Positions 55,539-64,000 of a stretch of DNA of 64,000 nt are shown here, piece after piece. A program made the translations under genes and the position numbers. The stretch's first letter is position 1. Each line of letters starts with the position of its first letter. Under the pieces are notes generated by a model that saw only the letters and a program-made list of their open reading frames with translations, was not told where the DNA came from and searched no databases. The DNA is taken from assembly GCA_964618805.1 (NCBI GenBank), contig CAZUBM010000007.1:30183-94182 (forward strand). The letters are read 5' to 3'. Origin of the DNA: an uncultured Nitrososphaerota archaeon. GTDB taxonomy: Archaea > Korarchaeota > Korarchaeia > Korarchaeales > Korarchaeaceae.

Positions 55539-56078
55539 CTATGAAACGCTTTCATATCCCCTTGCTACCCAAACTATGTGTCCTGCCTCCGGAAGGATGA
55601 GCTCTTTTAGAGCTAGCTCGACTCCCTCTGTTGACCCTGGAAGGCAGAATATTGCTTTTCCTTTGCATATTCCAGCCGTTGCCCTGCTCAACATAGCCGC
55701 AGATCCTATGCTTTGAAAGCTAAGTTGCCTAAATAGCTCACCAAAGCCCCTTATTTCCTTCTCGAACATCTCAGTTGCTGCCTCAACGGTTACATCTTCG
55801 GGGTGTAACCCAGTCCCACCGCAGAGGATAATGACATCCGCTTCATTTAATGCTCTCTCTAACTCGCTTTTTATCGATGATTCATCGTCAGGTAGCACTT
55901 TCCTTATAATTACGGAGTTTCCAGCTGATTCTATTAGCTTTGCCGCTAAATCTCCAGTAGGATCAGAAAATTCCGCTCCTTCTTTCATCGCCTTGAATCT
56001 TGAGGAACTGACAGTAAAAACGGCATATTTCAGTCTTTTAGGGGATTTAGCCTTATGCTCATGAACTGGGCTTTTCAT
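55539..56078 (-). CDS. moaB: molybdopterin adenylyltransferase MoaB/MogA
   Basis: TVSSSR, GGTG, DVTVEA, GFGELFR, AMLSRA, LPGS; ORF track start 56138. Confidence 0.92.
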   Translation of the reverse strand: MKSPVHEHKAKSPKRLKYAVFTVSSSRFKAMKEGAEFSDPTGDLAAKLIESAGNSVIIRKVLPDDESSIKSELERALNEADVIILCGGTGLHPEDVTVEAATEMFEKEIRGFGELFRQLSFQSIGSAAMLSRATAGICKGKAIFCLPGSTEGVELALKELILPEAGHIVWVARGYESVS

Positions 56079-56136
56079 CGCTTCTAGAAGGTAAGAGTTA
56101 TTATTAAATACGATATGACAATAGCGGTCATTCGTC

Positions 56137-57060
56137 ATGATACTCAGAGATCCCTACGATAGGCCTCTGCTCAATCTAAGGATTTCAGTAAACCACAAAT
56201 GCAACCTAAGGTGCTTCTTTTGTCATGCAGAGGGGTACCACGATGAAGAAAAAGAATTGATGACACCTGAGGACATAGGGAGTCTTGTAGAAATCCTTAG
56301 GGAATTTGGCGTTAGATCAATAAAGCTGACAGGCGGCGAGCCTCTTCTCAGGGAAGACTTAAGCGAGATAATCGCTCAAATTAGAGGGGTTAATGGGATA
56401 AAGGATATAGGATTGACGACGAATGGGACTCTTTTGGATGAAAGGGTTCAAGGCCTGATCGAAGCTGGTCTAGATAGGATCAACATAAACTTACCTTCTT
56501 TGAGAAGAGAGGTCTATCAAAGCATTACTGGTGTAGATGCACTAGAGAAGGTGTTAAAGGGGATAGAGAAGTCCTTATCGCTTGGCATTAAAAAATTGAA
56601 AATCAACCGCGTCATGTTGAGGGGATTAAATGAAGGAGAACTCGATCTTTTGATAGAGTTCGCGGCAAGCATAGGCGCTGATGTCCAGCTAATTGAATTG
56701 CAGGATAAGGATCCAAATTCCCCTCTTCTTAGGAAATATAGCGTGAATTTTCAAGAAATAGAAGAGAATATCAAAGAAAGGGCTTTTTCCATTAAAATTC
56801 GCCAAAACATGCATAACAGGCCCGTATATGACTTAGGAGACGTTAAGGTGGAACTTGTAAGGTCGATGAGCAATCCTGATTTCTGCTATCACTGCACAAA
56901 AATCAGAGTAACCCATTTTGGGGCTTTTAAGACGTGTCTTCTTTCAAACAAGCCCCCTATCAGGTTTTTGAAAGAGCTCAGGACAGGAAATCGAGAAGGA
57001 GTGATTAACTTGTTGTTAAAGGCTGTTTCAGAGAGAGAGCCGTACTTCAAGCCATCTTAA
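56137..57060 (+). CDS. moaA: GTP 3',8-cyclase MoaA (radical SAM)
   Basis: LRISVNHKCNLRCFFCHAEG, LTGGEPLLR, FCYHCTKIR...CL. Confidence 0.95.
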   Translation: MILRDPYDRPLLNLRISVNHKCNLRCFFCHAEGYHDEEKELMTPEDIGSLVEILREFGVRSIKLTGGEPLLREDLSEIIAQIRGVNGIKDIGLTTNGTLLDERVQGLIEAGLDRININLPSLRREVYQSITGVDALEKVLKGIEKSLSLGIKKLKINRVMLRGLNEGELDLLIEFAASIGADVQLIELQDKDPNSPLLRKYSVNFQEIEENIKERAFSIKIRQNMHNRPVYDLGDVKVELVRSMSNPDFCYHCTKIRVTHFGAFKTCLLSNKPPIRFLKELRTGNREGVINLLLKAVSEREPYFKPS

Positions 57061-57133
57061 ACTATTTGTTCGAAAACTGCGCTCGTTAGATCTTCTTAAA
57101 TAGGCCCATCTGATAGGCGCATTTATCGATAGG

Positions 57134-58423
57134 TTGATGCTAAAAGTTGGTTTCTTTGGTACGGAAGGGGTAGGCAAAACTTCAGTTAGCACGGTTTTAT
57201 CCTTCATAATGTCTTATTTAATGGAAGAAGAGGGGAAAATTGCAGCAGTTATGGATGCTGACCTACAAAAAGGTGATCTAACGAATTTGCTCCTAGGAAA
57301 TGAGGGGTTTCACGGCCTTCATGACATATTGTTAGGTAACAGATTTCCAGAGGAGGTTGTATATGATCCGCTCATATCGCTCGAGGATTCAAGCATCAGA
57401 CGCAAGCTTTCGGACCTCATTAAACTAAAAGTGATTCCTTCTGGCGATGGCGATCCTTCCACGCTATTGTACGAGCCAATTGATCTCCTCTTGCTGAGAC
57501 TAAAATCTTTGGAGGAACATCTTCATAAAATCGGCGTTGGGCTCCTCCTAGTAGATTTTCCTTCCTCCGACAGCTCTGTGAGAATCCTGCTCAAGACCTT
57601 CTTGAAGTGGGTAAATGTGTTAATTCCTATCTTACTCCCAAACAAGAACTCTGCCTTTCAAACCAAGAGACATCTCCTTTCCTTAGAGATAAACCCTCAA
57701 TTAATCCCTTTTGTTATCATAAACAAATGTAAGCGTAAATTTGATTCATATGAGATAGATTATGAGCCTATACGGAACTACTGGAATGTCCCAACTTATC
57801 TGTTGCCGTTTGATGAGGAATTTTCCCATTGCATTCAGAACGGCTCTATTTTCCTTCCAAGAATCCATAAAATGGCCTTTTGTTGTTCTTTAGTTGATGG
57901 TAGTAGACATGGGCTTAATGAAGGTGGAAGCATAACCAAGCATCTTATCGAAATCTTTCATAAGAATTCCTTTTTCAGAAACATCCATGATCAACAAGCA
58001 TTTCTTGTCAATGCAGGCTTATTAGAACAGAGATCCTCGTCAGATCTCCGCTCTGGTTTGTCGAATAATGAGCAAATCTCTCTTAAAGTCACTAGTAGCA
58101 GAGCTCCAAACGAGAGGAAACCAGTTCCTAGAGACATTTATAGAGAGATTAAGGCCTTAAGTTCCTTTCATAGCCCGTTTTCTTTCTTCAGAAAAAAGTT
58201 AAGGCTTAGGTATTTGGATGGTAGTGAGGCATTAGTATCGCGAGGAGAATTAAGGGAAGCCCTCCTCCTAACGGGTCTTAGTAAAAGATTAGCCGATTCA
58301 CTAACGTTTGGACAGGAACTTGACCTATCTTCTATTCCTTCGGAATTAAAGAAGCCAGTGGATCTTGCTCTAGCATTTTTGAGGCTTAGAGACATAAGGA
58401 GGGATGCTATTGAGTCTAAATAG
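57134..58423 (+). CDS. MinD/ParA-family (TadZ/CpaE-like) ATPase with C-terminal extension
   Basis: GTEGVGKTS Walker A variant, VMDADL, VIPSG, LVDFP, IINK, LPFD. Confidence 0.75.
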   Translation: MMLKVGFFGTEGVGKTSVSTVLSFIMSYLMEEEGKIAAVMDADLQKGDLTNLLLGNEGFHGLHDILLGNRFPEEVVYDPLISLEDSSIRRKLSDLIKLKVIPSGDGDPSTLLYEPIDLLLLRLKSLEEHLHKIGVGLLLVDFPSSDSSVRILLKTFLKWVNVLIPILLPNKNSAFQTKRHLLSLEINPQLIPFVIINKCKRKFDSYEIDYEPIRNYWNVPTYLLPFDEEFSHCIQNGSIFLPRIHKMAFCCSLVDGSRHGLNEGGSITKHLIEIFHKNSFFRNIHDQQAFLVNAGLLEQRSSSDLRSGLSNNEQISLKVTSSRAPNERKPVPRDIYREIKALSSFHSPFSFFRKKLRLRYLDGSEALVSRGELREALLLTGLSKRLADSLTFGQELDLSSIPSELKKPVDLALAFLRLRDIRRDAIESK

Positions 58424-59585
58424 AATTCTATATCTCTTAACCCTCCTTTATGGAGTGCTATTGATCTCTCTATACCTTTTCTCGTCCAAAGGAGGAATCT
58501 TAGAACTAAACCCAGCTTTTCAGTTAAAAACATCTTACAATAACTTCAGGGATCTTTTGCTTGTATGTATCCTAGGAGCAGCATTAGGAGGATGCTCCTA
58601 TCTCCAAAGCATCACAAGCTTTGGAATTTCTGGTTTACTTACATTTCTATGTTTGCCGGCTTTCATAGACCTGAAAAGTCCTATATCAACAGTTCAGGTA
58701 CTTCTGTATGGATGGACATCTTTGTACGGTTTCAGCGATTCTATTAGCCTGCTGTTAGCCCGATATATAGGGAAGAAAAAGAACCCATCGTCGCTGTTGA
58801 AATATCTGATTATTTCAGCGCTAGTAAGCTCTATAGTTCTCTCGATATCCGCTCTACTTGGCAATTTTAGAACTCTCTATTTCTCTTTTCCTAAGAGCTA
58901 TTTGCTCCTTCCATCAATTGTAGGGATGCCCTTAATCGGTTACATGAAGTATCAAGGGGAGATGAGGCCCTCTTTCGTAGCTTTCAGTTTGAGCGCATCT
59001 TCCCTAGTCTTTGCTTTATTAGGCAAGTTACAACCCATCTTTGTCACTTTAGGGTTGTTTATAGGCCTAATATTTCTTATTAAGGTTTCAAATAGTTTAA
59101 TTCTCCCTGATGAAATTATAGATAGAGAAAATCCTTTTGATTTGATTAATTCTGTAAGACGTTATAGCAGGAAAAGGCTCGTATTATCAGCCCTTTTTAC
59201 AGTATTAACTGCAAGCTTTAGCAATATTTTCTTCCTGATTTCTCTGGCAGGTCTCTTAGCAATTGCGTTAAAAGAGCTATCTTTTTACTTCTTTATAAGA
59301 TCCTTAAGGAGAGCAGGAGTTGAAGAAGTCCACCGTGCGAAGGTTCTGTTGGATTCAGGTGACATAGAAAATTGCATATTGATGGTACTTCCTTGGTTCA
59401 TAAGACTTCTATCAAAATCTCTTGAAATGAGGCCCTATGAACTTCGTTCACTCTGTGATCCTCAGAGAGAAGGGGTGAGAAGGCTGATATGGGCTGTGCT
59501 CAATCCCCCAGAGGGTAATAGGAATGATGCGGAGGAGATCCTATTAATCCTGGAATCTATGCTGTGCCATGACGAGAAAGTTTGA
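58404..59585 (+). CDS. polytopic membrane protein of unknown function
   Basis: about 9 TM segments plus a short helical cytoplasmic tail; overlaps the upstream gene. Confidence 0.7.
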   Translation: MLLSLNRILYLLTLLYGVLLISLYLFSSKGGILELNPAFQLKTSYNNFRDLLLVCILGAALGGCSYLQSITSFGISGLLTFLCLPAFIDLKSPISTVQVLLYGWTSLYGFSDSISLLLARYIGKKKNPSSLLKYLIISALVSSIVLSISALLGNFRTLYFSFPKSYLLLPSIVGMPLIGYMKYQGEMRPSFVAFSLSASSLVFALLGKLQPIFVTLGLFIGLIFLIKVSNSLILPDEIIDRENPFDLINSVRRYSRKRLVLSALFTVLTASFSNIFFLISLAGLLAIALKELSFYFFIRSLRRAGVEEVHRAKVLLDSGDIENCILMVLPWFIRLLSKSLEMRPYELRSLCDPQREGVRRLIWAVLNPPEGNRNDAEEILLILESMLCHDEKV

Positions 59586-59651
59586 TGAAAGAATTCCTGT
59601 TTAGCCTTCTTATTAGACTCTTAGAAGCGACTCGTCTAGACAGGATATCGC

Positions 59652-61043
59652 ATGAAAGAAGTCTCTAAGTTCAGGAGTTCTCGTCCTCTCGTCATAATCT
59701 CGCTTCTAATTCTAGCGACAATCAGTTCATCGCTGAAACCCAGTTACGTGAGTGCTGAGGCCTCATACACGATTTCCATTTCCGTTGATCCATCCTCGGG
59801 CGAAACTGGGGATAGCTTTACCGTAACTGCCACTGTAAGCATCTCTGGCCTAAATTCTGGAACGGCTTACGTCATCATGAAAACTATAGCTCCTGATGGA
59901 ACGTATTCTTATTACGCAAGTTCGGCTCAAGATGTGTCTCCTTACCGCCAGTGGGATCCTGAGGATATGCCAGTTTCAATGAAATATAGCTGGACCATAA
60001 CAGCTGAGGAAGAAGGTACTTACACTTCTACCATCGAAATTATAATTGATGGAGACGTACCAGAAGGTTTTCTTAGGGATAGCAAGAGCGTTACTTTTGA
60101 AGCATCCTCGTCAAGCTCATCTTCAACTAGTGGCTCCATAGACGTCTCAGTTTCCCCATCTAGTGTTCAAAGAGGCGAATCAGTGAGCATATCAGTGACG
60201 ATAGATGGGTACTTGCCCCCAAATCCAAAGATAATTACTCATGTGTATTCTCCAGGATCCTCTAACCCTGTAAAAACATATTATGGGACAGGAACCTTCA
60301 CTTACTCGGTTCCTTCTGATGACGCGATAGGGACTTGGAAGGTTTCCAGCTTTGTCAAGGACCAACTCGGAAATGTCGCTGCCAGCGATAGCGAGACTTT
60401 TAAAGTGGTCGATAACACGCCGCGATCATCTGATTCCCAATCGTCAGACGTACCAAGGCTATGGATGACTGTAACACCAAATCCAGCAGATGTTGGAGAT
60501 GTCGTTAGGGTTAGAATACATTGTTGGTACCCGCAAGATGAATATTATCCGCCAAATCCCTTACAGATAAAAGTGGGGAATTCAGATTGGGTAGATGTTA
60601 GCGGAGAATTTAAATTCACTCCAACTTCATCTGGTGCTTTGAAGATCTGGGTTAAGGGATACTTCGATAAAAGAAGCTTACCAGGACATAATTTCGGAGT
60701 ATGGAGAGATAATTTTACCACGATTTTTGTAAGAAGAGCTGTAATGCTGATTCTAGAGTATCCTAAGAGAGTTCACGTTGGAGATACGATTAACATCACC
60801 GTTAAGCTGATGTGCGGAGATAAGGAGCTGCAGGGCAAACAGATAAGAGTTTTTGTAGATGAAGGGGAGTTCTCTGTTAGCTCCGGACAAACGATCTTAA
60901 TCTTGGCAAAGAGACCTGGAACCATTGACGTATCCGCCTTGTTTGAAGGGGATCAAGAATACTCTTCCACCAAAAACGGAGGCGGTCTCATAGAGGTCTG
61001 GACTAAACCTGTGTTAAGAACAGCAATTGGTGCTAAGGCATGA
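59652..61043 (+). CDS. secreted multi-Ig-like-domain surface protein
   Basis: signal peptide; repeated ISVDPSS/VSVSPSS/VTPNPA..GD beta-sandwich starts; poly-Ser linker. Confidence 0.75.
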   Translation: MKEVSKFRSSRPLVIISLLILATISSSLKPSYVSAEASYTISISVDPSSGETGDSFTVTATVSISGLNSGTAYVIMKTIAPDGTYSYYASSAQDVSPYRQWDPEDMPVSMKYSWTITAEEEGTYTSTIEIIIDGDVPEGFLRDSKSVTFEASSSSSSSTSGSIDVSVSPSSVQRGESVSISVTIDGYLPPNPKIITHVYSPGSSNPVKTYYGTGTFTYSVPSDDAIGTWKVSSFVKDQLGNVAASDSETFKVVDNTPRSSDSQSSDVPRLWMTVTPNPADVGDVVRVRIHCWYPQDEYYPPNPLQIKVGNSDWVDVSGEFKFTPTSSGALKIWVKGYFDKRSLPGHNFGVWRDNFTTIFVRRAVMLILEYPKRVHVGDTINITVKLMCGDKELQGKQIRVFVDEGEFSVSSGQTILILAKRPGTIDVSALFEGDQEYSSTKNGGGLIEVWTKPVLRTAIGAKA

Positions 61044-62305
61044 GAAAAAAGCTCTTAGCTGCCACCACTTTCCTCTTTTTTATCTCACTCTTTTTATCAC
61101 CCATATCAGGACAGCAAACATTCGTTCAGGGACAAGTATTGGTTCTCTCCGTTCAAGTTTTAGATGAGTTGGGAAATCCAGTTGAAGGGACTCTCGTTCA
61201 CTTTTATGATGAAACTGATGGCGTGGAAATAGGGGAAGATTATTCCGATGCAGAAGGGTTTGCATCTGTTATATGGAATACTTCTCTTGCTTCGATAGGG
61301 AAGCACAAGCTACATATATGGAACGATGAGGATCCTTCAATTTTCGTAGAAAGGAGTGATACCTATGTTGAGGTTAAGATAGTGAGTCCTGCTGAATTGA
61401 CGCTTTCAATAACTTCTCCTAGCGCAGTAAAACCAGGAGAGGAGTTTGAGATAAGGGTAAAGGTCTCAAATATAGGGGGAGCCAGTGCATTATTTGTAGA
61501 AGCCTCTGTGAATGGGATTAGTAAGAATCTTGGGAACATAACTGGAGGATCTGTTTCCGAAACATCCTTTAGAGTAAGAGCTCAGAATGCTCCTGGAAAT
61601 TACACATTGAAAGTGGTAGTTAATGGCCAGGAACAGAGCACTGGAAGGAGATTATTTGTTTCTAAGACAATTTCTTACAAGGTGAAGAGGAGAGGCATCG
61701 GGCTCTCTATAGGAGCTCCAGATTGGGTTGAAGAAGGATCTACATTTGACTTCACAGTTCTTGTAGAGAACCTTGGTGAAGATCTCTTATCCTTCACGTT
61801 AAGGATAACGCTAGATGGAGCTTCACCACACTCTATTAGAAGATCGGGATCTATTGAAGCGTATAACTCATTATCTTTCGAGTTCTCTGCTCAAGCAAAA
61901 GCAAAGGATAAGATCATCATCGTTGCAGAAGCTAAAAGCGGAGATTTGAGAGAGAAAAGAGTTAAAGAGATAAAAGTTGTTTCAAGAAGCCTCCCTCGTA
62001 CAACAGCTCCACAATCTAGTCCTAGACCTTCATCTAAGGAAAAAATTAAGGAGCAATCAGGGCAAAACCTATCTGAAGTCGCGAACATTACCGAAGCCAC
62101 CGCTACTCCTACCTATAATCTTACGGAAAACAACCAATCAGCTTATCAAATTGAAGAAGTAACTGGTGAAGAGAACATTTCACTTGGAACCATAAAGGAG
62201 AGGGGAATGTACTCTGGTCCGATTATCTCACCGTTAATTGTAGCAACTTGCATTTTGATACTGTTCTCAGCACTTAGAAGGCTTTGGAAAGTAGAGAAAC
62301 CTTAA
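61040..62305 (+). CDS. Ig-like/CARDB-domain surface protein with low-complexity stalk and C-terminal TM anchor
   Basis: signal peptide; VKVSNIG and VLVENLG motifs; S/T/P/E-rich stalk; TM followed by a basic tail. Confidence 0.75.
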   Translation: MRKKLLAATTFLFFISLFLSPISGQQTFVQGQVLVLSVQVLDELGNPVEGTLVHFYDETDGVEIGEDYSDAEGFASVIWNTSLASIGKHKLHIWNDEDPSIFVERSDTYVEVKIVSPAELTLSITSPSAVKPGEEFEIRVKVSNIGGASALFVEASVNGISKNLGNITGGSVSETSFRVRAQNAPGNYTLKVVVNGQEQSTGRRLFVSKTISYKVKRRGIGLSIGAPDWVEEGSTFDFTVLVENLGEDLLSFTLRITLDGASPHSIRRSGSIEAYNSLSFEFSAQAKAKDKIIIVAEAKSGDLREKRVKEIKVVSRSLPRTTAPQSSPRPSSKEKIKEQSGQNLSEVANITEATATPTYNLTENNQSAYQIEEVTGEENISLGTIKERGMYSGPIISPLIVATCILILFSALRRLWKVEKP

Positions 62306-62406
62306 ATTCAAGAGATAAAGCAGATAATTGCTCATTCAATTTAAAACAATGTATTCTGTCAGGAGACGTCTTAAATACCCTTTCTAGCCTTTTTGTCATC
62401 TAGGAG

Positions 62407-62694
62407 GTGAAAAAACTGTCTGAGAAGATTAAAAAATTCATTAGAGAGTTTCTAGAGGATGAATCTGGACTAACACAAACCACCGAGACTGCTCTTTTGA
62501 TAGCCGCCACCATAGCTGCTTTCTTTGCTCTTGTAGTAAATCCTTTAGCAAATGCATTAGAATTCTTGTGGAATCTCCCTGATCTTACTGAAGAGAAGTT
62601 TTCAGACTTTGTCGACTGGTTAAGCAAGCATCTTAGCAATCTTTGGGGCTCTGAGAGTGAGAATCTGACAGAGGGAAACCTCACCTCGGGGTGA
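62407..62694 (+). CDS. Flp/Fap-like small pilin
   Basis: KFIREFLEDESG/LTQTTETALLIAATIAAFFALVV resembles Flp F..DESG.T..EY.LI; strong GGAGG RBS. Confidence 0.7.
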   Translation: MKKLSEKIKKFIREFLEDESGLTQTTETALLIAATIAAFFALVVNPLANALEFLWNLPDLTEEKFSDFVDWLSKHLSNLWGSESENLTEGNLTSG

Positions 62695-62703
62695 ACCGGC
62701 TAG

Positions 62704-64000
62704 TTGGGACTTAACGAGGAAGAGAGGGCCTATCATAGATTTGTCGATTCAGCGATAAGCTGGGTGAAGGATTTCTCTTTTGACCTCTTTATCGAGCCAT
62801 ATAAGACTTATGACAGAGCAAGGTTGTTGGCGGCGTTTGGAAGCAAGAAACACAGATCTTTCATTGCAGAAGTCCCTTATCCTCCCCTTAGAACACCACC
62901 AGCACAATTTGATGATGTTATAGAGGATTTCGGATGTGCTTTGCTTGCTACTCAGGGCAATAGAGTATGCTTCATACCAAAGAGTTGGATTTCTGATCCG
63001 AAGAGCATGATCTCAGTGATAGGCCTTTCTAGATTGATGAAGAGGGTGTATCCAGAAGATTCATTGGATGCTGACCTTTGGGACATCATAAGATTCAGAA
63101 AGAACCATATTAAAAGGATCCTAGGATCTAGGGAGAATTTGAGCGAAGATCTAATTCTAGAAGCAGCTGTAAGGTCAACAAAGGCTTGGCCTATCCTTAT
63201 CTTGGCAACTGGTAGCGATGTAACAGAGATATATGGTGTTGAAGGATCCCCTATTTACATAGATCACATTGAGGCTGGACGAGTAGAAATAAGCAATTTA
63301 GTTCTAGATGAGAGAGAATTTGAAAAGATAAGGACGATAGTGGAGTTACATCCATATGGAGCTTTGTATTTGAATCAACCAACTGTTAAGGTAGAATTTA
63401 CATTAAAAGACTCCAAGATCAGGCTAGGAGTTGACATTCCTCCGGTATCAAAACCCTCTTTTGATGCCAGAAATTTGTCTGCCCTTCCAAGGCTCCCGAT
63501 ACCGCGTTTAATAACTCTTGGAACGATAAGAGAAGAGCTTGCTGCTTATCTGATTGAGGCCATGTACGAGAGGAAACCAATTCTTATAGTAGGAAGGACA
63601 GGTGTTGGGAAGACTACTTTAGCAAATTCACTCTTGGCATATTCTGCTAGAGAATGGAGAATCATAAGTATCGAGGAGGTGAGGGAGATCGAGGATTTCT
63701 CGGAGTACGGCCTTAAACACCATTCTTACGTCTTTCCTGGAGAAAGAGAGAGCATGGTCACGACTTTCTTGCATAGAAACCCAGATTTGGTTTTTTTAGG
63801 GGAAATTCTAACGAAAGAACACGCCAAGGCATTTGCTTTAGCTAAGGAAAGCGGATTCAGGGTCATAGCAACGACTCATGCTAGGGATCCTGCCTCGCTT
63901 GAGAGAAAATGGTTAAGGTGGGAAATGGAAGACGCTCTGATAGGATGTTTGATCTTATTTATGGAGTTTAGGGTTGCTGAGAAGCTCTACAGGTATGGGG
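62704..64000 (+). CDS. second secretion/pilus ATPase (TadA/CpaF/VirB11 family), truncated by the window edge and absent from the ORF track
   Basis: open frame from TTG 62704; Walker A GRTGVGKTT at 63592, SIEEVREI, LHRNPDLVFLGEI, IATTHA. Confidence 0.9.
   Translation, partial: MGLNEEERAYHRFVDSAISWVKDFSFDLFIEPYKTYDRARLLAAFGSKKHRSFIAEVPYPPLRTPPAQFDDVIEDFGCALLATQGNRVCFIPKSWISDPKSMISVIGLSRLMKRVYPEDSLDADLWDIIRFRKNHIKRILGSRENLSEDLILEAAVRSTKAWPILILATGSDVTEIYGVEGSPIYIDHIEAGRVEISNLVLDEREFEKIRTIVELHPYGALYLNQPTVKVEFTLKDSKIRLGVDIPPVSKPSFDARNLSALPRLPIPRLITLGTIREELAAYLIEAMYERKPILIVGRTGVGKTTLANSLLAYSAREWRIISIEEVREIEDFSEYGLKHHSYVFPGERESMVTTFLHRNPDLVFLGEILTKEHAKAFALAKESGFRVIATTHARDPASLERKWLRWEMEDALIGCLILFMEFRVAEKLYRYG

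Noticed and set aside
51445-57060. moeB-moeA-moeA/PBP-moaB-moaA cluster
   Set aside because: Standard archaeal Mo/W-pterin biosynthesis; tandem MoeA paralogs are well known
461-62684. Numerous short antisense or nested ORFs in the track (e.g. 461-808, 27990-28373, 53628-54137, 62400-62684)
   Set aside because: They shadow well-supported genes on the other strand or frame and lack motifs
1-64000. CRISPR array, tRNA/rRNA, integrase, transposase or diversity-generating retroelement that could explain the pilin variation
   Set aside because: No spaced repeats, RNA-gene signatures, recombinase or reverse transcriptase recognised by eye; pilin differences are not adenine-specific. A covariance-model search was not possible

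Overview
Archaeal chromosomal window, probably from a thermophilic TACK-type lineage. This is inferred from the gene families, TATA-like promoters, GGAGG/GGTGA ribosome-binding sites and an intein. There are six blocks. (1) 1-24.6 kb: a large surface-glycosylation cluster with GT2/GT4 enzymes, a Dol-P-sugar synthase, an AlkP-family enzyme and five polytopic GT-C-like proteins; its right end is decaying. (2) 24.9-32.1 kb: an accessory patch with HEPN-MNT, an NPP-HD fusion, small Zn-finger genes and several broken vapC/PIN toxin genes. (3) 32.2-38 kb: Trm112, a flippase, an epimerase, a GT2 and a CinA-like gene. (4) 38-49.2 kb: a complete archaeal type IV pilus locus with prepilin peptidase, six minor-pilin-like genes, two major pilins, an intein-containing ATPase and a TadC-like platform protein. 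The two major pilins have near-identical promoter/5' and 3' DNA but divergent cores, and are separated by a diverged, frameshifted ATPase fragment. (5) 49.5-57 kb: SfsA, an MFS transporter and molybdopterin/tungstopterin biosynthesis genes. (6) 57.1-64 kb: a second, Tad-like pilus locus with a TadZ/MinD-like ATPase, Ig-like surface proteins, an Flp-like pilin and a TadA-like ATPase that runs off the window. I recognised no rRNA, tRNA, CRISPR array or transposase. The best candidates for new biology are the pilin cassette architecture at 42.9-44.6 kb and the Flp/Tad-like archaeal locus. All family assignments come from reading motifs by eye; no database search was run.
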